DNA of 63,888 nt, filler included, from Choristocarpus tenellus KU-1152 (lineage: Eukaryota > Protista > Phaeophyceae), in the NCBI GenBank assembly GCA_964200185.2. It is 12 parts of 12 records of this genome, joined end to end, with 100 filler letters (N's around TTAATTAATTAA, not from the genome) between each part and the next. Parts side by side here need not be neighbours in the genome. Positions count along the whole stretch, not along the records: positions 35,103 to 39,235 come from CAXNAD020016050.1; positions 39,336 to 42,935 come from CAXNAD020019026.1; positions 43,036 to 48,224 come from CAXNAD020011571.1; positions 48,325 to 51,449 come from CAXNAD020022141.1; 8 more parts are not named here. The stretch is one strand, 5' to 3'. The position numbers were made by a program, and so were the translations under genes. The notes below the pieces were generated by a model. That model was given only the letters and a program-made list of their open reading frames with translations, ran no database searches and was not told the DNA's origin. Positions 38,344-51,549 of the stretch are shown here, piece by piece (position 1 is the stretch's first letter; the number at the start of each line of letters is the position of its first letter).

Positions 38344-39169
38344 CGTCAAGTCTGGTTCCTCGTCCTTTCAGGCCGTGGTTTGGGCACATTCCTTCAGATT
38401 TGCATATAACGCGACAAGAATATCATCAAAATATCCTACGACTTGTGAGGGTGTAAAAAGGGGGGGATATTTGTCCTTTTCTCACCACCAAGGAGGAGGC
38501 ATCGGGAAAGGGAGACAAACACGACATCTCCACTGATTACACCAGCGAAGGCGATCATGGCCAAGGTGGACTTAGCTCGGACCTGCTCTGCCCTACTTCT
38601 GAGTCTACGCGCTTCTCCCTACTAATAATACAACATCGGTCATATGCAGAGATTGGGATCAACAGTGGTCCATACTGTGTGCTTTTCGGTGGTAGTCTGA
38701 TCAAATTTGTGCAACCAAAATATCATGAAACGATTTTTATATCTTCATTTCTTCTTTCCCTCACCCTAATTTTTCTCTTACTATATTACGCAATAATGGA
38801 GTAATGGGTCATTTGTCGTGAAAATAAAGTGCAACATGTTTGAGGTTGGTACAAAATGGTGTTATTTCGAGCCACAAGGCGAGTGAGTACGCTCAATGCT
38901 TCAAACCAAGCTGAGCTGGCTGCAGCGAAGCACCATGGTCCATGCCATCGTGATGCATATGACCAAAATGTCGTGACCTTGTGACCCACCTGGAGAAACT
39001 GAGTGTGGGGGCACTGCTACCTTGATTTGGGGAAGGCATTGAAATATATTGAGATCAAGGTTGGCAAGTTCCCAGGCTCAGGAATGGGTACAAATTCAAG
39101 AGCAGGAGGATGTAGTGAGGAAGCAGGCCTAAGTGATGAGCTAGCTGAGGTAGCTTTTGTGTTGCAAAA

Positions 39170-39235
39170 GAGCGAAAGTATCTTAGAGGGTACGAGTTTT
39201 GCCCTGTTTGTTCATTTGGGGCTTGGCTTCCCGTG
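39170..39235. mobile_element. MITE family A, partial at contig end
   Basis: GAGCGAAAGTATCTTAGAGGGTACGAG... Confidence 0.88.
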
Positions 39236-39986
39236 NNNNNNNNNNNNNNNNNNNNNNNNNNNNNNNNNNNNNNNNNNNNTTAATTAATTAANNNNNNNNN
39301 NNNNNNNNNNNNNNNNNNNNNNNNNNNNNNNNNNNGGTCCTTTGTTTGGCCTGAGGCTGTTGTTTATTTTTTGTCATCCCGGATGCTCTTTGTCAGCTGT
39401 GCTGTGGCCATTTCACTTTTATTCTTGTCTGCAATATATATTTTTTTCTACCTTTTTTGAATGGGATCAATATCGGACATGGTTTTTCGTGAAGGGTCTC
39501 TGAGGTGGATAAGGTTAGGGCTTAGTCCAAGTATGTGAAGGTGACTGGACTCTCCCAGCTTGGTTGATTGAGTATGCGCATGAGTCCTCCTGTATGTTTT
39601 CTGTGATTTAAGTCCTGTTACAGAACGACTGAAATAGTGTATGCATATATGTATGTATGTAATATTATCCAGTTGGTAGAAAAAAAAACAGACTACAAAG
39701 TAAAGGTACACCTTGTTCTCGGTGAGTTCGTATTTTTCCTCCTTTGAGAGTGACGGTTTCATTGTTTTTGTAATTTTATTTTGGAGTAACACTTATAATC
39801 CGGTCATACCTCATGTATGTATATATGTTGCACTTTAAAACCCTGTGCAAGGTATACAAAATGAATTTTACCCTGCTTATCCAATCAACCTGACCCTAAC
39901 CTTTTCTCTGGATGTTTGGACATTTGGTTGGTTGGTTGGTTGGTTGGATGGATGGATGGATGGATGGATTGATTGATTGTTTGAAG

Positions 39987-41157
39987 AGCTTTACGGCTAC
40001 GCTCAATGGGAGGAAGTTCTTTGACTTTGGTTATGGGGACGGGAATGGGTACCAGGACATGACCCTGCGTGAGGATGGTAACCAAGTCCCTGAAGAGTTC
40101 AGCAGTTACATTGGACGGTACTCCACTGATATATTCACTGATCATGCAGAGAAGGTACTGGAGGGGAAGGGGTTAAGAAGGCTGAGGAGAAACCTTATGC
40201 ATCCATTTTTGTATTGTTCCTTATTGAACAAACAAAGAAGTAGGCAATCTTCTCTCTTTCGAGGAAGGTGACGTTTGAAAGGTTTAGTGTTCTCACTAGA
40301 GTTATAGGGTTAAGGCTTAGCTTCTCCTTGTCGCTCTTTATGTAACTGTAAGGTTTGACCCTTGTTATGTGTGGAGGTACAATCCACATTTCAAACCAAC
40401 AGTAGCATGTATATTTACATATATTGGAATTATATGGCACGGACCTTTTCAGCATTGAGCACCTAGAAATAACTGATATGTGTGATAGATTCACGTTGAC
40501 CAGATTGTTCATTTTTTTATTTTGATGTAGCAGATTGTAATTTTTTTCATTGATTGGGTTCAAATGTTTTTTGTAACTGAATTCTTGAGTTAGCACTGCC
40601 CAATGGATATTGTTGTGTTTGGTTAGATACTCCTTGTGTGGGGGTTAAGTGTGGTCATCTTTTAATCTTATCATATCTGTTATCTATGACCCCTCATTGA
40701 CCTCAATCCTCACCCTCTCTATCCCTATTCCATCCCCTAACATAGACCTTTCCAAAATATGAATAATGACATACTGCAGATTTTGATGAACAAGAGCCCC
40801 TATGACGATAGCCCACTTTTCATGTACATGTCCTACCAGGCAGTGCATGAACCTCTGGGACCACCTCCGGACGGTGTGTTTTGACTGCCGATGCCCCCTC
40901 CCCCCCCCCCCCCCCCCCCCCCCCTACTCTCTTTGCATGCAGCATTTCTTTGAGTATCGTACCAATCTTGTGGTGTCTTTTGTTAAGTTGGTGGTGCTTT
41001 CTATGTGTGTGTGATGTATCTAAGTTTCTCGTGTGTGATGGGCTTTTGCTAGTTGATGGTTTCAATTTGGTGACTAATATTTTTCATACCGATGTTATTC
41101 CCCCCTCCGAGAGGTAGGTACTGTGCCTGTCACCCTTTTTGTTCGCCCATACCCACA

Positions 41158-41194
<37 letters not shown>

Positions 41195-42920
41195 CCAGTC
41201 CCTGCGGTTGTTGTACAGTATTTAGTAGTTGTGCCAAGAGTGATTGTTCATTTATTTTCTTCACTTTACAGAGTAAGTGCACTAGAATCCTTCAGAGGAG
41301 TAAAGATTGTGATGGGATACATAATATACCCATTCTATTCTGTTACTTGCTCTTTTTGCTTAGTTAAAACATCAAAAATATTGTAATTGCGTGAGTCCTT
41401 GATGCTGTACACACTACTGTGTGTCTTGCCTCTATGTGTTTTTTCCATTGTAGACCAACAGTTGACACTGGTTACATCTCTGTGACAATTTTTTTTTCTT
41501 CTTAAATTGTATACTCAAATTGTATACCATTCTAAATTGTAGTATGTATACATGTATATGTTTTTTTTTTCTGCCTTCACGAGTGTCACCTGTATGTAGA
41601 ACAAAGATATGAACAATAATGCACCAGAGTAGAAACAAACAGTATCCAGTTTGTGTGCCTATGATATGTTGTTTACATGGCAGAGTACTAACACGATACA
41701 AATCAAATACGTGTATGATGATTCATACGTATATGTACAAAATATATGGTGTTGGTGGGACAGATGCCTTCACTCCAAAGGAAAGGGAAATCCTTGACCG
41801 TATCCTCATTAGCGACCTGACCAGATACAGGTTTGCCAAGGTACTAATGTACCTTGATAAGCGCATTGGACAGTTCGTGGACCTCCTCGATACTCAAGGC
41901 TGGCTTGAGAACTCAATATTGGTAGTAGCCAGTGATAATGGGGCCTGTCCGTTATCTGGGGGTACTAACTATCCCCTAAGGGGTACCAAGAACATGCTCT
42001 TTGAGGGCGGGAGTAAGGTGGGGCCTCTGTTATTACTACTATTATTATTATTATTATTATTGCTTGTTAGAGTAGTGAGTGTGTAGTTGTTGTTTTTGTA
42101 GTTGAATTCTTCTGACTTGTTCAGTGTATAGATGAGAGTGACATACAGCGGCTTCTCGTTCGAGAAATATATATTTTTGCAATGTTGTGAAAGGAAATAT
42201 ATATATATATGTGTGTGTACAAATTGAGTACATGTGAAAAGTATTTTGTTTTTATGATTGCATGTTGTCAACGGGAATATCGAGCACATGTGTTTGAAGG
42301 ACAGGATGACTGTGATGGTGTCTGTGTGTGATGATGATCAATCTTTGAGAGTATTGAAAATCTATTGCCATATCTGTTTCCATATCTACATGTTTCAATT
42401 ACATTTCATCTTTTCTTTTTTAACAGAAAGAAGAGTATCTGTACATGTATATATATATATATATATATGAGGAATCACACCCTTGCTTGTTGCTTCAAAA
42501 TGTACCTATACCTGTGGTTATCGTAGCACTCCTTTCAACCCTAACCCTAACTCCATCTATCGCTGTTACGCTAGGTATATTTATGTATGTATGTTGTTTT
42601 TGAGATACAGGGTACTTACTGTTTGATGTAATTCATTTGTGCATCTCACTCTCACAACTAGGCTACCAAACAATGCAGGTCTGATTTTTTAATGTGACAG
42701 CAAAGGTTAGAAATGACATAAACATGTCCACCCCCTTGCCATGTGTTGTGTTTGAATGTTTTATGGTTGGTTTTCATTGGTATGCATCAGGTGCCTGCCT
42801 TTGTGTACTCCCAGAGTCACATCCCCCTTGAACAGAGAGGAACAGAATACAACAAGCTCATGAGTGTCACAGACTGGCTGCCTACACTTGCCTCAGCTCT
42901 GGGATGGAATGCCACCGAGG
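39987..42920 (+). CDS. Sulfatase (family S1, arylsulfatase-B-like), internal exons only
   Basis: RYSTDIFTDHAEK, PLFMYMSYQAVHEPL, LDKRIGQFVDLL..LENSILVVASDNG..NYPLRGTKNMLFEGGSK, VPAFVYS..LMSVTDWLPTL. Confidence 0.9.
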
Positions 42921-44018
42921 GCATGTGAGCTTGAGNNNNNNNNNNNNNNNNNNNNNNNNNNNNNNNNNNNNNNNNNNNNTTAATTAATTAANNNNNNNNN
43001 NNNNNNNNNNNNNNNNNNNNNNNNNNNNNNNNNNNATTACTCCATACATATTTTACCGTAACTGTCCGATAGAGTTGGAAGAGTCTAATCGAACAGCAAT
43101 TGCGTCTCCCCCGTAAGTAGTAAGGAGACCAGTTGGAGGCGATATGTACAAGTTATTGGTCCCAAGATTTTGGGTTCCGATTAAGCTGCGAGTATCTCAG
43201 ATCGCACCAATTCAATCGATACGACCCACAACACAACAAGAATAGTAGTAGTAGTGATGTATGTATCATAGGTACTATATACCAATGTATGACCACGAGG
43301 AAGGTACAAAAAGTATAGTCTGGAGTATATTTATTCTATGTCACCCCCTATGGGTATCCTCGTCCCTCAGTGATCAACGTGGTGGGAGCCAGTATCGCAT
43401 CAAACCCCTTACACCAAATTCTCTTTTCACGAAAATGAGTTTGTTGAAGATGCTATTCCGTCCCATCGCAATGACAACGAATGGATGATCCACCTACAGC
43501 TGTACTATACTATCCTATCTGCCTTACATCACAAAAACTTACACCAAAGATATGATGGAAAAACTATGGGGTAGATAGGTTTAGAAGTTTTGATGGACAA
43601 AAGGACAGATGAGTGTTGGCAACAAGTGCGAAATAAAATGGTCGAAGTCAGCAGTGTGAAGTATATCACTGAGTAGATATTAGAACCAGTTTTAACGACT
43701 TTGAATAGTGTGTGACGAATAGAATATTAGTAACAACCTATTATTATCTTGGAAAGAAATATTAAATACATTCCGATATATTTTTGTGTAATTTTTTATA
43801 CTTCACAAACTACTGTTGTTGTTTGAAATGGTGTGTGATTCTGAAGAGGAACGAGGGAAGTCACGCACGTTCTACAAAATGTGAGAGGACAAAAAAATAA
43901 AAGTGTAGTAGTAGTGATTGAATCAGTTCGATTGTTGGTATTCACCCGAAACCTTGATTTTCACCACACCAACAATTGATTTGAGATACGAGAGTACTAG
44001 AACGGGGAATTGAAGGTC

Positions 44019-47000
44019 ATGACAACTGGGCTAGACAGCTGGAGCGAACAGGAGTGGTTGTTGGGGGAGATACTTGGCTGGATTGGGAATGAAGAGTTCT
44101 TGAATCGGACCTGGAGCGTGTGCAGTGCTTGGAGAAAATGGTAACACCGCAACTTCTGGTCCCATGTTTTCAAAGACAAGACTGCAGGCTAATTGAAAGG
44201 CACACCACACTCACGGAACAAGTCTTACCCCTAAATTTAGGCATTTATTGCAATGATACAGCTTCTGTGCTACAATTCAAAGCCAAACCACTCTCATGGA
44301 ACAAACACAGAACAACACTTGTCCTGTTGATGCTCCCTGGTTATTGATACTGACCTGAAATCGCGAATTGCAAGGTTCCATACGAACCTCAAGGTGTTGG
44401 AGGTTGGCAATGGGTTCCAACGTCGCCCTGGTTTAAGGTCAGGGCTGTGCTCTCCTCTGTTTTTACCCATTGTGCCGTCGAACCTCTGTGAGCTGAACCT
44501 GTCTGGAACCTGGACTGCTGTATCCGCACGGGAACTTGGTGTAATTCGACGAGGTTGTCGATTGAAGAAGCTTATGTTATGTGGAGTAAGGTAAGTGCTT
44601 CGGGGGCTACATGGAGAGTGCAATGATAGTTTTTTTCGATGTTGTATTTTAGTGTGTTTGTGACGTCCGAAATGTCTTTTAGCTAGAAAGTTAAGGCTGT
44701 ATCTTGTTAGCTCTGCAGTATGCATTTTTCCAGTCAATTTTTTTTTGTAATTTGACCTCTTGATACCTACCTCTCACCCATTTTCCGTGTCTCTCCCCAG
44801 GCTGTACTCCTTTTCGTACCGAGAGTTAATGCTCTTTGAGCACCTCGAAGGTAAGAACTCCCCCATACAATCGTAAACTGCATATATGCTTTTTTGTGCA
44901 CTAGTGCACATGTTGCCGTATATGGGTGTGGTTTTGCTTGCACAGCGGTTAAACACTTCTTTCGACCGTACACGGTAGCAGTACAATTTTCTTTGTGTCA
45001 GTGCTGTGGTGAGACTTGGTGCACTTCCGATGTTTTGTTCAGGCACTCTTGTACCAGCTATTACCACAGAAGCCAGTACACTTCAGTAAATGCATGTGCT
45101 ATGTGCGCAGGCTCCAATTGGCCGAGTTGTTACCTCTCTATTTCTTAATGCTCTAGAGCAAGTAACAGAGATCTCAACAGCACAATCTATTGCTTGGACT
45201 CTTTTCTCATTCGTCGGTTACAACAATATCTTGAGCCCCATGGGAACTAGTTCCAACTCCTCGTGGTGATGCCCAAATGATATTACACAGGCTAAGAAAA
45301 TACCCCTGCTGACCTTTAACCAGACCTTTACTTACCTTCCCCCCTTCTCCGAAACATATCTTTTCGTCCAGACCTCGACATCTCTCACACTGAATTGGAT
45401 GTTAAGCTCCCCCCATTGCTGTTCCCGGAGCCTGCCGGATCAGCCCCTGGCCCCCGGATCACCTCCCAAGGCCTCCACCCAATCTCCGGTGAAGATCCAC
45501 GAGGAATCACATGCCCTGATACCACCTACGATACTCCAATGTTTGCACCAGTACTTCGGCGCCTAACGGCAGTTTCAACTCGGTTGTGGAACAAGTGGGA
45601 TATGTCGTTGTTCCCAAGACTTGTGGCGCTTGAGATCTCATGGGCAGGGAGCGTTCTGTTGGAAGAGCTGCATAGAAGGGTGCGTGTAGTTCCGTGAGAA
45701 GGGGTGGTTGATAGTTGAATGGTTTTACAATTGATCTGAGTAGGGGAGACAAGTGTGAATGGCGTATCGATTGCACATACAGTATTTGGATGCATGGACT
45801 CAGCAGTTGGCTATTTCACTACTAATCATACAGGAAATGTTTTGAATTGATATTTCCTGGGCCTTGAGTCCTCTACTTTTTAGGTCGAGATACCCGAGAG
45901 ATGAGCGGCCTTTCCGTGTTTGATTCTATGTGTCAGCCCAGCACCTCCTGTGCCAGACACCTTGACTGTCACTCTTCTAATGTGCTGTACCACACCATTT
46001 ACTGCATGGCATAAGCATACTGTCTTGGCAAAGTATTTCAGACCATCCGGTATGAATGCTGAGTGCTTGTCCGAGCTTCTTTCCTGTCTCTGCCCTTGCC
46101 TGGTTAAACCCTTATAAATGTATGCCCTCTGACCCCAACCCACCCCTTTTCCCAATTTATGTACCATTTAGGCTGAAAATGGGCCCAGCCTGACAGAGCT
46201 TTCGATATGCGACGTGTGCCTCCGTAACCTGGTCCGCGCCACCAACTTTCACAAGCTTGCTTATGTCAGTACTCTCTGGTTCAAGAAGCTGGGTCTGATC
46301 TTAGAGGGATGAGGGGAGCATTCCTGGTGTTTCTTTAGGGGGGCGCAGCCCAGGCACAGTTGGCAGGCATCAAGTAGTGCGTTTTGAGAGAAACCTTCTA
46401 GAGGATAGTGGTGTATGTTTTGTGGAAATTTGAGACTGGAGGTGGGCCGCAAACATTTTGTCTAGCAAGATGTAGGGTTGCAAGAGGTGGAATGTCATGG
46501 GGCAGCGGGGGGGGGGTAGGTTCTTATTGAACAGCACGCATTGCCAAAGTTTAATAATATATATTGCCTGAGCTTTTTTCAACTGAAGCAAGGGAGGCAG
46601 GCAGGGTTGATGATGCCTGTCTAATGGGGTGGAAGTTGTACTTGAGGGGGATAGTGTCTTCCGCACGTTATGATGATTGTCCTTGGTGTAACACGTTATG
46701 ATGATTGTCCTTGGTGTAACACGTCTTTTCTTTGTTGGTACAGTTAGATGAACCCCCCCCTTCCAACCTTTCCATGCCACCCCTCTGAAGCCAATTCGCC
46801 GTTACTACTTCACTGGTATGTACTGGAGTATTCCACTATGTATTTCTAATACTACACTAATAGTATTGTACTATTATGTTTCTAATAATATTGTGCTAAC
46901 ATATTTCTGATGATACTGTACTACTGTGGTGGCTGTTGAGCAGCATGATATGAACGTTTTAATCTATCTCGATGTAAGTATCTCGATGTAAGTTAAAAAA

Positions 47001-47352
47001 AATAAATGTAGGTAATTGTATGTCCACATTGTGTCTGTACCTAAGTTGGATCCAGAGTCCTCTCTCCTTTCCCGATACGCAGAATGTTCCATTTTTGTGT
47101 GTATATGTCTATATGTGTACATGTGTGTATGTCTATATGTCTTTATATTAATGTATATGTATATATATATGTATGCATGAATACAGGCTGTGGGTTCACT
47201 CTCAGTCTTTCGTCTTCGACGTGTGGATGTGGTCAAGCATGTGTCACAGTTCGCTTATCTGAGGGCAGTCTTGGCACGCCTGGAAAGGTGAGATCCCCTG
47301 TATGATATGGCAGGGAGAGGGGGGGGGGGGGGGGGAGGTGGGAGCCGGGGGG

Positions 47353-47392
<40 letters not shown>

Positions 47393-48224
47393 GGTGGCGG
47401 GGCGTGGTTTTGCAAAAGACAACGATCAAAGAACTAATCCTGCCATGCATATGGAACAGCCCCATTGAGGTTCCAAGAAGATGGAGTAAATTAGAAATGA
47501 TGAAAGTTCATTGTGAATTCCTCCTATTGGCTCATTGTGGTATATCGGACGATTCTGTTGGCCAATAGGATGCTGTACGCACAATAACCCTTACCCAGTC
47601 TTCACACTACTCACCCTATATCACGGTTATTCCTTACCCCCCCTTGCAGCTGTAAACCACCCTACTATTTTTGTCTCCCTCCTTTCTCTCAGCCCCCCAT
47701 TCCCCATCCCAGCCTACCACCTCCTACCACCTCAGACTCATCCTTAACTGCGTTGCTTAACCCCACCCCCTGCCCCTGCCCCTGTTTTTCTTAGCCTCCA
47801 GGTATTGGAGCTCACGGGGGTGTCCCTAGATGATGACATGCTTGCTGTCATAAAGGAGTGTCTGCCCAAGGCCCTTTGGCATACAGCCAATGCACCTGGT
47901 TATATCCACACTCCCTGCCCACCCCCCTGCCAGCACTCCTCCGGTTGCGCTGGCAGTTGCAACAGCAGTAGTATTAGTAGCGGCAATGAACTGCACTCCG
48001 AGAAGAGAGGCGAGGGCGATTTCATTGCTCCGCCCTGTGCTGACGACCGTGATGGGAGCAAAGGCACAGCTCTGGATGCCCTGGAGCCGAGAGGTTGTGG
48101 TGGACTGAAGGCCCTAATTCTGGGGGAATGTGGCCTAGTGACAGAAAAAGGATTCAAGGATTTCTTCTCACTCCCGTTGAGTCAGGAGGGAGAAGGGGAT
48201 GGGAGTATGAAAGTTGGTTGGGGG
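44019..48224 (+). CDS. Probable F-box / leucine-rich-repeat protein, multi-exon, 3' end missing
   Basis: F-box-like EWLLGEILGWIGNEEFLNRTWSVCSAWRK; LRR units NLKVLEVG, NLCELNLSG, LKKLMLCG, SLTELSICD, LQVLELTGVSLDDDML, LKALILGECGLVTEKG. Confidence 0.65.
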
Positions 48225-48774
48225 NNNNNNNNNNNNNNNNNNNNNNNNNNNNNNNNNNNNNNNNNNNNTTAATTAATTAANNNNNNNNNNNNNNNNNNNN
48301 NNNNNNNNNNNNNNNNNNNNNNNNATCGTACTTCCATTACACTCTCCCATTTTTTACGTCACCATCGTCCCCTCCTCTCCTCAACGACGTCCTCCGCCGT
48401 CTCCACTACTAGATTATCGAGAAGGACTCGTCTCTACGCGCTTACCTCACCACCTGGGAGGGTAAATACCAGGATGTACTCAACCAGGTCAACCTCCACC
48501 AGGTTCACAGCGGGCGGGGCTGTGATGGCGGCGGCGCAGAAGTTGAGATCAAGAACGGATCGGCATCAGATGGCCGTGAGAAAGAAGATGAGAGAGGGCG
48601 CGAACACCAAGGAGGGGATGGAGACGAAGGAGGGGACGAACACCAAGGAGGGGACGAAGACAAGGGAGGGAACGGACTGTCAGACAGGGAGGATACGGGC
48701 GAAGGGGGTTCTGTCGGTAATGTTCCTGGTGCAGAAGAAGAAAAAACGGCCATGGAGGGTGGAACGCGGGCGTT

Positions 48775-49382
48775 TGCTGTACTGAATGCAATCCTCCACC
48801 TACGTCTCGGTGAGTAATGTAGTTGTAACGGTGCATGTGTAGGGCGGAGTGTAATTAATAGCGTAAGATTGGTTTCCATCCAATCCCCCGAACGGATAGA
48901 TATGTTGTATCTTTTCAGCGGCGCACGCCATTGAATCCATGGTATGTTGCGGGGTCCCTCTATGTGCGGCGCTGTGGTCGCTACCTCCGTGTCTCTTTAT
49001 TTGCCACTGTCCGATTGTGTGTTAATGCATGTATACCACCGACTGTTGCATCTCACCTGCACTACTTCGTGCTGTTTTGCGCGGCCAATTTGGTGGTCCT
49101 TTGTAACCGTGGATCCCCGCGTTGCGTTGTTGCGCCCAATTAATGATCTGGAAAAATACTATACTGTCTGTTTAACGCTCTGATTCGATGACACGCGCGA
49201 CAGGTATTCATGCCCAAAGTGCTCCATCATGCATATGGGTGAGTGTGCCTACGAGGAGGTTAGAGACGATGAGAGGCACAAGGATCGATTATGTATCAAT
49301 TGCCCCATGGCACAGGAGGGCAGTGAAGGGTCTGGATCGGTGGGGAACCAAGCGGTGGGTCGGGGCAGGGGCAAGGGCAAGG
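48775..49382 (+). CDS. PHD-like Cys/His zinc finger split over two exons (to 48809; 49204-49382); 5' part unclear
   Basis: Spliced CCTECNPPPTSRYSCPKCSIMHMGECAYEEVRDDERHKDRLCINCP; GTGAGT donor and CAG acceptor in phase. In-frame TAA at 48718 upstream. Confidence 0.5.
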
Positions 49383-49850
49383 GTAAGGCTCGCGCAAGGA
49401 GCACGGGTGGGTCACCCTAGACGCTAACCCTTTTACGTTCCCCCTCAAACAGCGAAACGGCCGACATGGAGAAGTGCATGTGGGTCTCGGCGTGGTTGCA
49501 CATTATACGGACATACAAGTCGTCTCTGCGTGTTTGTTTTCGCGTTGGTTTGCACATAGGTCTTGGCTGCTTGTACATCATGTGGATTGCTCGTCCTTTG
49601 TACCTTGGATGTGTCGCTTTTTTGGAGGGTTCCATTGGCCATGGAACTTGTTATGACGTCTACCCTCCTTCCACGAGATGAATCTGATGAGTCTTGCGTT
49701 GTGGAGGGTACGGCCTGACATTTTGGAGATGCTGTGGAAATACTGTCAGGAACTCACTTAATGAAAAGATTGCCTGCACCGTAGCTTACTACGCCATCCT
49801 TCTTGTCGTGCTGTCTGTCTACTGTGTTGTGTGTCATGGTGTCCAAGCAG

Positions 49851-51379
49851 GAGTGAGAACACTGCACTACACGACCTTCGCCCTCTCAACCCTACGGTAT
49901 CCTTAGACAAACTTGTTGATTTGGCCTTCTGCAACGCGCCAAAGCTCGCCATAGTGTCCATTGCCGCCGAGCCAAGACTCCTCAACGATGAAGAGGCGAC
50001 CAACACACACCTGCGCGAGGTGCTTCAGTGCTTGCGGCCTAAGATGCATCCTCAGGGCACCATCGCGCTCATTGTGCCCCACCCGTGGAAGGTGCAATTA
50101 CACCGCCTAGTAGGTGAGTTGCAGAGTTCACAAGTGCTGGAATATGGGGTATATTGCGGGAGACTGATGCGATCCGCCATGGCCATTATCATTCCGTCTG
50201 TGTGCCGATCGAATATTGTGCGACCGTTCAGGAGATGCGGATTAGGTCGTGTGTATTCCTTTTTCAGTTTCCCCATGTTGTTTCATGTCCTTTGTACCTT
50301 CTACTTCCTTTTGTCTCGCTTGCTCTTTCCCTCGGCAACTATGTATTTCTTTGTTTCATTGTCCACGAATCGCATGCTGGTGTTACTCGTCTTCACTACA
50401 TTGTTTTTGCCATATTTACTTCTGTTATTACTTAATTTCCTATTGTTTGCAATTTTTGCATTGGTTATTTGCCTTACGTTCCACACTCATAGTACTATTA
50501 TAATGTTTGTGGTATGAGATTTCATGAATCCCTACGATAACTACTTGTGTGATGTCACTGTCAAGTTTGACACATGCCGGACCCACGTGCTCGCTCCCGC
50601 CTTCTATTCATTCAGAGGCTCTTACTGCGTTGAAGGTAGGCTTGGTTGTGGAGGATCATCCCCTAACCCTAATATACAAGACGAGGGGGGGGGGGCGCCC
50701 TCAATTAGGCACAGATAACCATCTCAGATGTTGTCAGGACGTGATTCTTCTCGCGTACAACGATGGGACAACGTCCACATGCAGTAAGCGAGTCACCGTC
50801 GACGACATCTTCGGCCACGGGCGTGATGCATCTCCTCCGGTACTCAAAACCACGTTGGACGTCGAATATGAAGGTTCTGCAACGGACATCCCCATGAGGG
50901 CCCTCCACTTCCTCGTTAACAGGTTCGTTAATAACGTCACACACATCCTTCTTCACAGAAGCAGCGATTTTTTTTTGTATAGGTGTAGGACATCGTTAAA
51001 CAGTAACAGAACGAGCTGGGTGACGGTTCAGGGGCGTCAATCCATCCCACGAGTTTGTTTCCCGAATCGGTACGTTAAGCGTCAAAACGCACCAAGAGTG
51101 TGTTGCCCTGTATCGGAACGTTACTCATACATTGCAACATGATGAATCCGTGCGCAATACAATATACTACAGAGGGATAATTAACGAACTGCCCTCCTAT
51201 GATAGGTACACGAATGCTGGGGATACCGTCGTCTCCTACAGCGCAGAGAGGCACAATGTGGTGGAGGCGGCCCTTGAACTGAGCAGGAGGGTGGAGGTGT
51301 TCATGTCCAACGCGGCGTCAAAGGACGAAGGGAAAGAGAAGGTGGACACGTCCTTCGGCCAAGCCTACAAGGACAGCAA
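49851..51379 (+). CDS. Beta-class N4/N6 DNA methyltransferase-fold protein with degenerate motifs; exons 49851-50113, 50616-50922, 51206-51379; cut by a MITE
   Basis: Colinear with the N6_N4_Mtase consensus: VDLAFCNAP, LREVLQCLRPKMHPQGTIALIV, GLVVEDHPLTLIYK, QDVILLAYN, IPMRALHFLVNRYTNAGDTVVSYS, VVEAALELSRRVEVF. Intron phases 1 and 2 join in frame. Confidence 0.65.
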
Positions 51380-51449
51380 GAGTCAAAGTATCTTAGAGGG
51401 TAGAGCCACGTCCATTTGGGGGCCAAAATCCAATGTTGCGATTTTGATG
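51380..51449. mobile_element. MITE family A inserted in the MTase-like reading frame
   Basis: GAGTCAAAGTATCTTAGAGGGTAGAGCCACGTCCATTTGGGG. Confidence 0.9.
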
Positions 51450-51549
51450 NNNNNNNNNNNNNNNNNNNNNNNNNNNNNNNNNNNNNNNNNNNNTTAATTA
51501 ATTAANNNNNNNNNNNNNNNNNNNNNNNNNNNNNNNNNNNNNNNNNNNN

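Noticed and set aside
42539-42551. CCCTAA telomere-like repeat
   Set aside because: Only two units, inside an intron.
47233-47568. Poly-Pro and poly-Gly ORFs
   Set aside because: Intronic G/C homopolymer tracts.
50114-50517. Hydrophobic, membrane-like tail of ORF 49831-50517
   Set aside because: Read-through of a T-rich intron after a strong GTGAGT donor.
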